Assembly (NCBI GenBank): GCA_002633005.1
Contig: NMRA01000290.1
Coordinates: forward strand, 395,121 to 459,120
DNA: 64,000 nt
From: Phoronis australis
Lineage: Eukaryota; Animalia; Phoronida
Direction: 5' to 3'
A model generated the notes under the pieces. It did no database searches and had not been told where the DNA came from. It worked only from the letters and a program-made list of their open reading frames with translations. Numbering within the stretch: position 1 is the first letter of the stretch; every line of letters starts with the position of its first letter. The position numbers and the translations under genes are program-made. Below, piece by piece: positions 25,061-38,440 of this stretch.

Positions 25061-28000
25061 ATGACAGACACGACAAGATGTGTTCGTTTTGGTTCTCTCA
25101 TTGCTGGACTATTTGGTATTACAGTAGCTGGAGTAATCAGGTCTTTTAACGTTTTCATTCTTCCACTGAAGACAAAACTCGGCTTTTCGCAAACAGAAGG
25201 TGAGTAAATTGCATTTGTAAGTCCAAAACAACTTCGGTACACTGACAGCCACTGGCCTCGTGACTGAGCAACCGAGTCAGTGCACAGCCACAGCCTAGCA
25301 CAGGACTTTTGTTCATCTTGTCTTGGAAGTTGAACACAAGGACAGCGCGGTTGTCAACTAACTTTTTGACCCGGCCTCCTGTTTCAAAAGCTAAAACCTC
25401 CATTTGCTGGTTATATTCTGCGAACCCCCAAACTTAGTAAAATCACTTTCATCACTCAGTCGAGCCAGTGACAGCTAAAGCTGCTTTTACATTTAGGAAG
25501 TCGTAATGGGAACATGTTTTAGATTAGCGTCATAACCTACCATCACAAAGTGTCACCTTCCTCGATTAATTATGTTGATGAGGCTTATCATGCTACTACC
25601 TTCACTTTTCTAAGGACTGTACGTAACAGGTTAGTGTCATTACTGTTCCGAATATGACTGAGCCTATTGGCTATTGAACTGCCTTGGTTAGTGCTCTTGC
25701 CAGTTTTATCAGGGCCGGTGGTTTGATTCCTATATTTTGTGGTCTCAGCAATATACTACCGTACAATTGGCGTAGTTAACAAATGGATGATATATCTATG
25801 AAGCACTACACGAACCCAGGTGGTGCGCTTCATAGGAAAGGGGGGAATGTTGTGAACCGTGCTTCCAGTGAATCATATGAATCTGTTAGCCAGTCGCTAA
25901 TGGCCAATTGCCTGTTAGCTGATTGGTTAGCACACTTGCTGGTTTTATTGGGGTCGCTGGTTCGATTCCTGGTTTGGGTAATGTCATCAAGTACTACATT
26001 AGGAACCTTTTCATTGAGAATACTTTGAATCGCTGACTTACTCTAAATGCTGATCAGAACCTTGGTTTCATCTGGTTACGAATTACCACTTCTGTTCTTT
26101 TGTGCTTTGAGTCATGTTTACTTCATATTGTACTGTGAGATGATGCTATGACACAATATCGCAATTGCACAAAATGTCGGGAAGTAACTACGCATTGACA
26201 GGTTTAAAATTTCAGTGGTCGAGAAAGAACGTAGTTCACCATTGTGCAGAAGACGCTTAAGTTAATGCACGAATAAATACAGCATCTGGTGGCATTTGGT
26301 GATATTGCACGACGTGTATCTTTTATGTAATGGAACTTATGGAAGTGACAATTACTAGTAGTCAGTAAGCTGAATTTCTTTTTAATTGGCCTGGTACTGG
26401 CACTGGAAGCTTAGAACAAGGTTTCTGTAAAAAAAAATGATTGATCCCACTTATTTGTTATAAAATTGATTTTTGTAAAGTTTTTACAATCTATTCACTT
26501 CCAGTCTTTCATCTAGAGATGTCTCTCTGCTTCAATATTGGGCTGTTGATGTGTTCTGACCATTATCGGATGTTATCTGGCTTTGCTTGAGCCTGTTTTT
26601 GGATTACATAAATTGGCTATCACTAACCCCGTTAATGTAAAAGGAGAGATCTGGCTCTCTAATGAGTTTGAACAAAAATAGTTCAGTGTCAAAATTTCCA
26701 TTTTTTTTTTCAAAAGCCCACCGAATTGTTAAAAATACTCAGAAGTCCACTTGTCTATGTTTTTAACTAACTGGGTCGAGGATGAAGAAAAAAATTCCTT
26801 TCTATTTATTTTGGTTAGAAATTGTACAAAACAAAATTTCATTGTTCCATGTTAATGAGTTCAGAATGGAAGAATCAAAATCTTTGTTTAATCGTAAGTA
26901 TATTTTGGAATTGGTATTTTAGTGACGCTCTGCCGGTTAGCACCTAGTAATAACTTTGGTGATACCTCCAAATACCTATCTCCCAGGACTGGGTCAACAC
27001 TATCACAATACCTGTGACATTTATTTGACTACAACTGGAAGTCTGTGAACTTATTGATGACCTCAAATATTGGGTTATCTAGGTTGAAGCACTGTGTAAT
27101 CTCTTTGAACTAAAACATCCTTTGTTCATTAACAGGGGTCCCACTGTTAATGAAAAATGACAATTCGAGAGCCACCATTACTCATTATAAGCATTTCAAG
27201 ACAGTAAACACATCTTCGGTGGGATTGTCTAATGAAAATGAGAAACCCCCCTTAGAAATTAATCCTTTCAAGTAAAAAAGCAAATGGAATCCACCCAAAA
27301 GTCAAAACCATGCCCTCGAAAGTTGTACTAATGATGTCATGAATTACAAAAACCATAACTACAAATATAATATTACTAAGTCCAAAAAAGATGCCCTCAC
27401 AAATCTCGCTAAAAACAAAGAAATCATAATTAAACCATAAGGGATCAGCTGTTGTTATAATGGATTTAAGCAGAAATATATTGACGAGGCTTTCCGGCAA
27501 CTTAATGACACTACATACTACAAACTTTTAGATAATAATCCCAACACAAAGCATATCAGCATTATAACTAAAACTAAAACTGAATGCTTTCCACTGTGGT
27601 CACATTGACAAAGACACCAAAAACTACCTCATTCCTAATGATGCTAAACCCAGTCGTTTTTTTTTTCTCCTTCCTAAAATCCACAAAGAAGGTAATCCTG
27701 GACGCCCGATTATAGCCATTTTTTTCTCCTTCCTAAAATCCACAAAGAAGGTAATCCTGGACGCCCGATTATAGCCAGTGACAACTGCCCTACTGAAAAA
27801 TAAAATTCTCAGTTTGCCAAGCACCATCTCCGACAATTTGTCCCCACTCTTCCTTCATATGTTAAAGATACAAATCACCGATTTACCCAAAAAATTCCTA
27901 GTTACTCTTGAAGTTAAAAGTTTATACACTAATATTCCTCAACATGAAGGCATAGAAGCCTGCATCAAATTGGTGTTAATTTAAAAAGTTCTTGATCAAA

Positions 28001-31000
28001 TTGAAGAAGTATTACATACTAAAGTTATTACCGTGCTGATCAAGTTGTTCTAGATGATGATACATTGCATATCTTAACACAGTATAATGAGAAATTCTTC
28101 TCTTGCAATAGAATTCTTACAAAAAAATGACAAGTAACTACTTTTTTCAAAAACTTTATTGGTGCTATTTGCCTAGTTTTCAATACATTCACCAGTTGGT
28201 CAAAATAGTTAAAGCAATGGTAGACCCAGTGTTCCACTTACAGTAAGAAATGGTACTGTTTGGGTGGTACGTACACTATGCACACTCAATCAACGTCAAA
28301 TTTTGACTTAAGTTACAAATGCATGGGATGGTCTCGAGTTTTGTGCTGCCTCTACTTGTTGCTTTGTTGCAAGTTGTCTTGAGATAGAGTGTCTTCTAGG
28401 ATGTGAAGTACTAGCCAAGTCTTGTGTGGCATTTTATTGCCCACAAATTTCGTATGTCCATTTTTTGTCAGCATGGATTCATTTTGGAAATATCAGTATT
28501 TTTCATGAGAACAACAGTATGTAAAAATACTTGTGGGCAATACTTTATAGCACAGAGGTTGAAGGTACATACACTACACAGGGGTACGTACACTACACAG
28601 GGGTACGTACACTACACAGGGGTACGTACACTAAATTTCAATGACTTGTCAGGTTTATAAAAAATACTAAGAATCTACTGAGAGTTAGTTCATTTACCAA
28701 ATCTATTCAAAAAGAACAAATAAAAAGTATAGCATACATGTGCATATCTGTCTGTCATTCTTTGAAAACAGGCACATGTTAAAATATAGGGGTACGTACA
28801 CTACACAAGTGCTAATATTTCACTCAAAACAGATATATTTGTAATTAACACTCCTTTAACCTAGCATATTTAATGGAGGAGACTGTCTGTGACAAATGTT
28901 GCTTACTTGCAATGTAATATTTTCGTTTCATGGTATTTGTTCACATTGGGGTACGTATACTACACAGGGGTACGTACACTACATTTCAATGACATGTTAG
29001 GTTTGTAACTAAATGCTAAGAATCTACTGAGAGTTAATTGATTTAGTAAATCAATTAAATTAGAAAAAATAAAAAGCACAGCATTCATGTGTATATCTGC
29101 CATACTTTGAAAATAGGCACAAATTAAAATATAGGGGTATGTACACTACACAAATGCTAATATTTCACTCAAAACAAATGTAATTGCAATAAACACCCTT
29201 TTAACCTAATATTTTTAAGGAAGGAAACTGTCTATGACTAGTGTTGCTCACTAATACCAAGTGATATTTGAATTTCATGGCATTTGTAAACATGGGGGTA
29301 CGTACACTACAAAAGGGGGTACGTACACCACATCACTGCCTCACATGATAACATAATGTTCTATGGCCATTTATTTTTCTTTGATTATAATAAGCATCAT
29401 GTTGTTATTTGAAAGGCAATAATTTCATTTGTAATGACCATTTGTGTTACTGAATTCCACATGGGGGTATGTACACTACATCTTGTTAGACATTTTGGCC
29501 AATTTTCAACATAGCAGAGCCCAATCAATATCGAAAATTTCAGTGATCCATTTTTGTTGTTTTATTTACATGAGATATCACCAGTACATAAAGTTCACAG
29601 TCTGGATATGGGATAGAGCAGTAATCTTTTGTCACCTTTTAAGTGTTTGCCAAGCTATCAAAGCTTAGGATACACAGCACTTTTATTTGGAACAGGTTGA
29701 CTTAGTAAGTTGTTTGTTTTGTTTTCTTGGCTGTACATTCAGCTGTACACAGTAGGTCCTGCTTTTTTGGTTAAACTGAGTTCCATAAATCAGAAAACCT
29801 TTCTATTTGCTACATTGCCGGAATCGTATTCACTACCACACTGTAATGTGTATTAATTGCTTGTTAATTTCACGTTTTTAACAAAAAAGCTATACCACAA
29901 TCTAATTTTTGGTCAAAATGATAAAATTTTTGTAGATAGACGATGCAGTGGCTCTTTTGTTGTTAACTCACTAAGTAAGGATCCTTAGAGGATGATTGCT
30001 AGCAATACTTCTATGGAGAAGTTATTTAAAATCTGTGACATGCCCCTTAAAAACCTGCCTTTTTGTTGATCATTTACCCGATATTTTGTAATTTTATTTT
30101 CTTCCTTTATTTTAAATGTTATTTTCTTTATTACATTTGTTACTATATTAAGGTATTAGTTATGAGTGACAGGAATAATCCTTATATATTTGTATCTTTT
30201 GTTTGAAATGCAATATCTGAAACTAACCAGATGTAACACCTTGACTTAATTTGGTTACATAGTTATAGAAACTGGCATGATTGATTTGTTTCAAGTGCCT
30301 TAATTCAAACTATTTTTCATCAAATCTATCCATCTACTGATTGGCCAAATCAAAACATCTAAACACCACTAAAACATATATTCCCTCAGTACAGCAATGG
30401 AATGCTACTTCTTAACTCAACAAGCCAACCATTGTTAAGAAATAGTGCTTGCTATTACCTTTCCACTTCATTATCTCAGATATAAATGGATACAAAAGGT
30501 GTGCTGAAAGGGCATCATAAAAGTTGTCTGTGGCTTAGGGAATCAGAGCTGTGACCAGTGTAAGCATTCTCTGCCTGTGACCTTGAATTGACCACTTGCT
30601 GGTTTATTTGGTTTATTGGTAAACAGCTGTCACATGTGGGGGGACAGAACCTGTCATATTTGCTATTATGTTGTATGTAGCCTCATTCGTCTGGTGTTGG
30701 ATATTTTATTATTTTAAGTGTTAAAGAAAAGGTTTTGCCGGGGTCGGCTACTGTGCCACCGACAGCTTGGTCAGTGGTTATTAGACCGTGGAATCAATGT
30801 CGTCAAAATACAGCTTGCTACCACTTTGTGTAGCCTTGGTGCAGAAGTTCAAGTTTTGCGCCAATGTAGGTAAAAAACTGACCAAATAAAAACCGACACA
30901 AAATTATAGTGTCATAAAACTGCACTCTTCCTTGAGTAAACTGAATTATTTACTGGCGTTGAAAAATTGGCGTTCTAAAGTTATTCTGCTGAACTTGTGT

Positions 31001-34000
31001 TGCGGTCTTTTGTGTCGGCTTTCGGTGCCATGAAATATTGCGTCACAAATTGGCCAATTTCTTCTCTTTTTCGCTCATTCCGTCTTCAATTCAGCTGTTC
31101 TTCTCTTCTCAGCAAAGAGGTAAGGCCAATGTCACAACATATTATCGGAACTGGTTTCATTTCCTTACAAATTTTTGGTATTTAATCACCAGCAAACTGA
31201 AGTTCAGAACAAATTTTGCTATTGCGAAGCTATCATCATCTCTCGAGAGATGTCGCAGATTTTTTTGGAAACGGCGAGTGCGCGTGTCACAAGCCTACTG
31301 TTGAAAACAAAGACTTTCCTTTGTTACAAAAAGAGGAGATTTGTGCAAGAAAATGTCTTTAATTAGATTGTTTTTAATTTAAATGGTTGCAACGGGAAAG
31401 GTGAGTGTCGGTTGAGACCCAGATTTGTATGCACCCACCCCCGCCGGTCGTTAGTTCTATATATTAATATCAGTTTCACTACAAGATGACAAGCAGAACT
31501 ATCCAGGCTTTATGAAATTTCAGGGTCCGAGGAAGCTAACACACAGTGGTTCCTAGCTGTGTTTTGACTACTGTAGTCATACAGCTAACTGGCTGGATGA
31601 ACCCGTGTCATCCTGGTCCCTGTATCTTGTGTGACTGTTGCAACGAAGTTCCGTAACATTGTTTCACAGGCATTTTGTCACTGTAGAGAAAATGAGTTAA
31701 CACCACTAAAATGACACAATTTATATCACAAATTCTCATAACTAAGTAAATGTTACGCTGGGAGTACGTTAAATGTGAGATTTATCAGTCGCAGCTATCG
31801 ACTCCCGCATACAGTGGGACATGGGATGAACTCTGTCCTCTGTTTCCGGATATTCTATCTGCTCTTGCGTTTACGCGCATGATCTTCATACAACTCGCAA
31901 GTGGTCTATTTGTAGTACTCTTATGTAATGGTATGTTAGTGACACTCTGGACTGTACTGTGCCCATCCCTGCTATCCTTTAGTGTTGTGAATGAGACTTT
32001 AAACTGGTTAGTGTTATTTTCTCTCTGATTCTGTAAACCACAAGTGAAATTATGGAAATGTATTAATGCAAAAATGTCCATCTATATCAGTATTAAAAAT
32101 GGCAAAAATGTCAGTTTTATTGTCTCAAATAAAAGAGACCATCCCAAATTAAGGAATAGCAGCTCCAGAACTTAAACCAAAGGGCATATTTACAGGATTC
32201 TAATCTGCCAGAGGTCAGAAGGTGTTGCTTTTATGCTTATCCCACTTGAAAATATCCACTAGGAGAAAGTGGCTGGAACTTTCTTTTAGATGCCTTTGGT
32301 TGGCTGACTTATCCACTCAGGACTGATTCTTCCCCTGTGTACACACACAGGTACATACACACACAGGTATATACATTCTTGTGACATTGGCTGAGTCTGT
32401 TTTGCCTGGAAGAGGCTTCATCATGACATAGACCTGCTGCTAAGAAATTTATATATTCACACTTTTATAGAGCCAATACAACAAATGCATGTATGTGTTA
32501 GAGAGGAGAGAATGACCTGTTTGTTTGCGGACTTTTTCATAGGTTTATTCCCACAATGCAATCCTTTTTTAGTACTTTTAACTCATGAATGCGAGAAGAG
32601 TGCGTATTAAGCTAAAATTCAGTCAACCATTTGAATTAAAGTATTTTTTGGACAATAGCCTTATAAATTGTGAAAACTTTTGTAAGTTGGACCCTTTTGA
32701 CCCTCATATCTGAGTGGCACATCCAGTAAATGCTATCAGGTTCCAGTACTCATTTTTTGCTAGCAATTTTCCTAGCAGCTAAAATACCATCTAGTCCTTG
32801 GTGTCTTTTATGAGTTACCAAGTGCCTGTAATAACACTCTCTCACGCCAAGCAAGCTTGCAGCAGACATGTTATAATAATACTAGGGTACCGTATTCACC
32901 CTAATAAGCACCCATGCCCTTATAAGCGCCCCCACGTATTTTCAGACTTTGCTAAAAAAAGCGCCCAGTGCAAGCGAAAAATGCCTTACCTACAGTTCTA
33001 AAATTTTACAGTAATGTTATCAATAAGATCCGACAGTACCGCTATATCGACATTTAGATGTGAGTATACACTTCAAACTTCCGCTGTGCTTAAAGAAAAT
33101 GCAAAAGTTTTACTGATCTTGCAAGCGATGTGTCCTATTATGGTCTGGAAAAATGAAGCGTATTTGTCAAAGGGATTGTATTGTATCTTTCCCGTACAGA
33201 TCTTCTAGCTCAACAGGAATCCAAATTTCTTTGTACATGTGAAAACAGCGAATCGAAGACTAATAAAAACTTGACCTTTGACGGTTAAAAGCATGTGGCC
33301 AGGAAGCGGGCGCTCCGTTCAAGTACCTGTCATTGGAGATAAGTCTTCGGGAACTGTCTATTCATGAAACGGTAGCATATCATCGGCAAGAAATAAATAC
33401 TAGCACTTATTTCTGAAAGTTTCTAATACTGTAAAAACGTTTGCATTATTTTTGGAGGAATTTTTAAATTAGTCGTAATTGGTGTTTTAAAGTCAAAATG
33501 ACTCACTGATACTAAACAGTTCCACACCCTTACACCCCCCCCCCCGAATCTCCCGAAAAATAACTGTTAGACTGTCACACATCCAGTCACCCGGCGACTC
33601 AATTACATCGGCCTTACCGAGACAATTCTCGAATGTTTTTTGAGCAGATGAGATCAACAAGTGCTAAATGAAACACATTCTACTTTACTGCTTGTGTTAA
33701 TTTCCTTAGTTACAATGCACACCTAGATCTTTGCATCGCGTTTATTCTGGCAAATGAACTCTGATGACACGCTCGCTCACTCAAACAATACACAGACAAA
33801 CATCAAAACAAACATCACATGACAACAACGTGTGTTCGTCCTGAGATTTTTCTTGTGTTACGGAGTACGATCTAGCGCAGATTGGGACGTAATATGCAGT
33901 TAATCCCGACTCCACAGGAACTTAAAATCTTAGTGATGCTATTTTGAAAACGTAAGGACATCAGGTAATTCGTTGAGTCGGAACTATATTTTTCCTCAAG

Positions 34001-37000
34001 AATTCAAGTTGACCTATTGGCAATCGCGAGGCAGTGACGCATCAGATGGCATCTTTTCGTACTGGGATTCATTTTTTCAAAAATGCTCGTAAACAAAGTT
34101 TGATAGCAATGCACTGCAATTTTGTAGAAACTCTGCCATAGGTTACAGATGCATCTCAGAGCGTAAATTTGATGAATTCTAGCTTACGATTTCACCTGTT
34201 TTGTAGACTGGGTTTCAACCACTTTTGGGCTTTATAAGCGTCCCCAGGCTTCCTGAAGCGAATTTTTTTTAAGCGCCCTGGGCGCTTATTAGGACGAATA
34301 CGGAAATTCTTCAGTTATTTGTTGTCATACAATATGACCATCAATAGAATTTCTATTTAATAAATTTTCTCCACAAATATAAAAGGATTTTAAAATTGTA
34401 GTCTCTCACTAGCTTGGTTTGTGATGTGGAGATGTCATAAAACAACTTTTGGAAATTTTTGTATTATTTGCAGTTCTTAAAGTGTAATCAATCTCTCAAA
34501 AATGTAAAAATGACAATTGTGGTACTTTTTTCTGTGCAAAATAAGTCCATGATTACAACTAATACAGCACTGATCATGATGATAGTAATAATGATAATAA
34601 TGATGGTTATGATGATAAGAATAGTTACTTTAATAGCAATAATGATGTTATAAATAACAAACAACAGCAATATAATATTAGTATAATAATAAAAATAATA
34701 GTATTAATAACTTTATTTTTGTCAGTAATGGTAGCAATTATGTCTATAATTGTTAATGGTTGTATTTATTTGCAAAAATATATACATATACTTAAAAATT
34801 CATGGAAAATGTTGGCATAAAATTTTTACTTGGTGAAATGAAATTTCTCCAAGTATGTTGCTTTGTCATAAAGTTTGTTTGTTTGTTTGTTTGTTCACAC
34901 ACTACAGGTGGCATTTTCTATCCAATTAACATGGAATTTAGTACACGCGACATGTGCCTAATGAATGGCTCAAAGCTTAATGTTTTTTGGTTAAAATCTG
35001 AAACAAAATAGCGTTGTGGCAGCAATTTTTCAATATTTTGGTTTGCTGAGCCATAGTTGCACGGCCTATGGAGGGGTTTTTCCAATTTTTTTGTGTGTGG
35101 ATAGATCATTTCACAGGCTTAGGAAGTGTACCATTTCTTTTTCTTTAAGGCTTTGCCTTTTCAAATTTGTCACGATTTTCCAATGACTGCTCTGCAATTA
35201 ATTGAGTTTTTGTGCCACATGTTTGTGTCCTTTGATAGATCTGTCTGATTGTTTTAAGCGCTATCAACACTGTGAAACCCGTTTCTCGCAATGACCTGCA
35301 GCTCTCTAGATATTTGAGAGATTTACTGCTTTAAAGTGACTGTTCTGTTATTGACTTTATTTCTAGATGCACTTTGTTGGCCAATCATATTCGTGCTAGA
35401 GATCGCATTTTTTATTTGATCGACATGAAATTTATGTGGTGTTTATGTAGTCAATAGTTCGAGGACTTTTGTTTTTGGTGCGAAATCGGACTGTGGTTGT
35501 TGATATTTTGGTTTTGTTTACACCATCACTCAAAATTTTTATTTGATTTCGTCATTGTTGATCCTCGGGCGCTTACATTGAACTTCTTACCAAGAAAGTC
35601 TTGAGATAACATTTCATAGTACGTAAAAAACAGGCTGGGTGTTGTGCAATGAGGCTGCATAACTCAGACTGGCCCCTGTGGCCTCAGGAGAGAACTTGCC
35701 TATGATTTTTATTACCAAAAATGCATTTGGTTGGGATTTCATGCTAATATTGCCACATCAATTTTTTTGGAGAATTGCGGATCACAGTTAAGCGCACCAG
35801 TTAACGTCGCAATAAACAGGTGGATTTAATGGTGGAGCGTTTGCACCACAGTGCAGTAATGAGTGGTCACTAGAACTTTGTCTCATTTAAGTTATCAGCA
35901 AGGGCTTAACAGCCTAAATGTGATAACTTCGATGATGAAATCGTCATCTACCATTTACTTTGATGCCAGTAACTACTGAAGCTGGTTTGAACGGTTCAAC
36001 CAACTTCATAGTTTACATCAACACTCCTCTTACATTGGAGTTAGCAAAGATAGGACCAGTTTGAAGTTATTAACTTTGACCAGACTTATAAAACAATTAA
36101 ATAGAATCTGTTACGTTTTTGTAGTTTAATTACAAATCATTTATTCGCAGCATTGTCTGCCAGACAATCCCTGAAATCAAGGCTGGTGACTTTATCAGTT
36201 AGATATACTTAATGTACTCTGCAGTAGGATGCCAGCATAGCATTTAACTGTTGACCACGAGGGTTCCAAGTGCAATCGTGTCTGTGCTGGGTCTGTTATC
36301 ACATACGGTAAAAATTCTCCAATTTTGGAACAGTGAAATATTGATTATTTTGCATAAGGCTGGAGCTTGACTCAAATTCCAGAAATAGCCAATTTTGGCC
36401 TTCCCAAATTCAAAAATCAAATTGGAAAGACGGCAAAAAGTATTGCCCTCTCTGTAGATTGAAAACACTGACTGAAATTTTTGAGAAATATGGTGAATGC
36501 CAAAATCGATGTTGTACCAAGTTCCAGAATCAAGAAAACTCAATTTTGGAGTAGTTTCCATGTTCCAAATTCTAGATATTGTCCAAATTGGAGAATTTTT
36601 ACTGTAATAATTTTTCTTTCCAATAATGTCACTTTAATTCACTTAGATTTTAATCTATTGTGTTACAGTTGAGCTCATCGCTGGTCTGGGAAATGTAGGC
36701 GAGCTACTCGGAATACCAGCTTATCTCTTCTTCACCAAATATGGCGCCCGTTGGACTTCCTTGTTGGGCCTCATCTTTACTTCCGTCGGCTTCTTGCTTC
36801 TATGGGCCAGTGTACATATGGACCATGTGTTTACCGATTACGTCGCTGTCGTTGCATTATTCTACTTTATTGCTGGTGAGTTGTTTTCTTCGTAAAATCT
36901 GCTTTTGAATCTTTTATAAGAGTAATATGGCAGCATAGTGAACACGCAGCCTGCATTCTTAACTGCCATCAAATTGAAAAGGTTTTCTTCAATTTTTGGT

Positions 37001-38440
37001 CGTTTTGTTACATCTGTCTGCACATTAGTGTTTTTAACCTGTATCTGCTATAGAATTTTACTTTTGGAAGTTTAGTGGCTTTCTGTTCAATTTTTTTATT
37101 AATTTGTGCTGATGTTCGTCACGTAATGTACTTAATTTGATCTTGATTTTTTTACCTAGATACATCAACCAGTTTTAAACTCTCTGTACTATTTGTTTGC
37201 ATTTTGGACAATTAATATGTTTGCATTTGCATATTTTTTAGTTAAATTTCATTTATAAAATCTGAAAGCTCCTGTGCAAGACAGTTTAAAGTTACCGGAA
37301 AACCCACGATATCAAATGTTGTTTTGTCATTTATTTTGTTGGTAACCTTATAATCTTTTTATTGTGAGTTGCAAAAATACTGACTTTCTATTCATTCCAG
37401 CACATGGCACTGTGTACACATACATATCCTGTCTGATGACAAACATAGAAAACTTCAATCTGCATCACCGATGGAAAGCCAGAGCATCTCTTGAACTGTC
37501 ACATATTGTTGGAACACCAATCTTTGCTGGGATTTTCTACGGACTATTTGCACAGTTTTTCGACCAAGATGGTGATGCCTTGGGAGGTTTCTTCATTCTA
37601 GTGAGCATTTGCGCGGCTGTTGTTAATCTGCTGGGAATTGTGTTCTTACGAAATCCATCAATAGGGAGTGCTGAGGATATCTACATCGTGCATTCTCATC
37701 TTGGACATCGAGATGAACACACCAATGAGTATTCAGCATTGACTGCGTCCTCTGACGATTATCATTACAGTAGTGTAAGTGAAACATCATCTGCAGTGTT
37801 TGTAGAGGATGAGTTACCAACCTTACGGACAGCGTTGTTAAACTGGTCTGTCCAGTACATTATGTGGACTTTAACTTTGTCAATCGGAGTAGGATTGATG
37901 TTCTACAATAACCTGACATCCATACTACATTCCTTGAGTTGGGACGAACATTCTGCTGCCCTCACTATCTGTCTTCCGTTGGCGTCGATTGCTGCTCATT
38001 TTATCATAGCCACTACCTCTGATCTGCTGTCACAAAAAGTACCCAAGTCCATTGTAATGCTAATTCTAGTCATGATTTTGCTTGGCAGTCAGATCTTTTT
38101 AATCTTTTATGTCAATGATTTTGACATTTTAGTAGGTGCTTGCGTCATGGTTTACGTGGCGACGCCGTGTTTGATCTCAGTTGGGGCATCGTTGCTGCGA
38201 GACAGACTTACAGCGGGACTGTTTGAGAAAACATGGTGGATTATAACGTCAGTGGTTGGTGCGGGATCACTTATGATACAACTGTCATTTGGTGCAATCT
38301 ACGATGGTTATGCCATCAGTAAGCGAGTGAAGGATGATTGCTTTGGACCCGATTGCTTTATGTGGTCGTTCATCCTGTCTTCTTGTGTCTGTGTCTGTGC
38401 TTGTATAATGAACATAGGTTTAATTAAGAGAGAGTGGTGA
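25061..38440 (+). CDS. Major facilitator superfamily transporter, Nodulin-like / MCH1-like, 461 aa
   Basis: Exons 25061-25199 ([46 protein letters not shown]), 36669-36875 ([29 protein letters not shown]...), 37401-38440; phases 1/1, total 1386 nt. About 12 hydrophobic segments; [29 protein letters not shown] and C.GPDCF motifs match the Nodulin-like/MCH1 group. Confidence 0.82.
25910..25980 (+). mobile_element. tRNA-derived SINE head or degenerate tRNA pseudogene
   Basis: Pol III A-box TAGCTGATTGG and B-box GGTTCGATTCC at tRNA-like spacing, but stems do not fold well. A weaker similar motif lies at about 25670-25730. Confidence 0.4.
27250..27965 (+). mobile_element. Decayed Penelope-like (PLE) retrotransposon reverse-transcriptase fragment
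   Basis: Frameshifted translation gives [77 protein letters not shown], all motifs of the PLE RT N-terminus. Internal ~58-bp tandem duplication at about 27658-27776. Confidence 0.85.
28563..29480 (+). repeat. Hierarchical tandem repeat: 17-19-bp motif GGGGTACGTACACTACA(CA) within two ~348-bp units
   Basis: Motif at about 28563, 28581, 28600, 28619, 28789, 28948, 28967, 29134, 29295, 29315, 29463 (partial at about 28265). 28619-28966 aligns with 28967-29314. Confidence 0.85.
32890..34303. mobile_element. Non-autonomous Tc1/mariner-pogo-like DNA transposon in MFS intron 1
   Basis: TA|CCGTATTCACCCTAATAAGCACCCA ... TGGGCGCTTATTAGGACGAATACGG|AA, with subterminal TAAGCGCCC repeats. Confidence 0.75.
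34570..34710 (+). repeat. Degenerate (AAT/GAT)n microsatellite
   Basis: ATAATGATAATAATGATG... visible; explains the spurious Ile/Met-rich ORFs at 34459-34670. Confidence 0.75.
36306..36604. mobile_element. TA-flanked MITE (Tc1/mariner-type), ~300 bp
   Basis: TA|CGGTAAAAATTCTCCAATTTTGGA ... TCCAAATTGGAGAATTTTTACTG|TA, with internal CCAATTTTGG repeats. Confidence 0.75.

Noticed and set aside
28563-29480. CRISPR-like repeat-spacer array
   Set aside because: Repeats are only 17-19 bp, spacers are 0 or about 130-150 bp and are themselves duplicated, there are no cas genes, and the context is a eukaryotic intron.
34459-34670. Ile/Met-rich hydrophobic ORFs on both strands
   Set aside because: Produced by an (AAT/GAT)n microsatellite.
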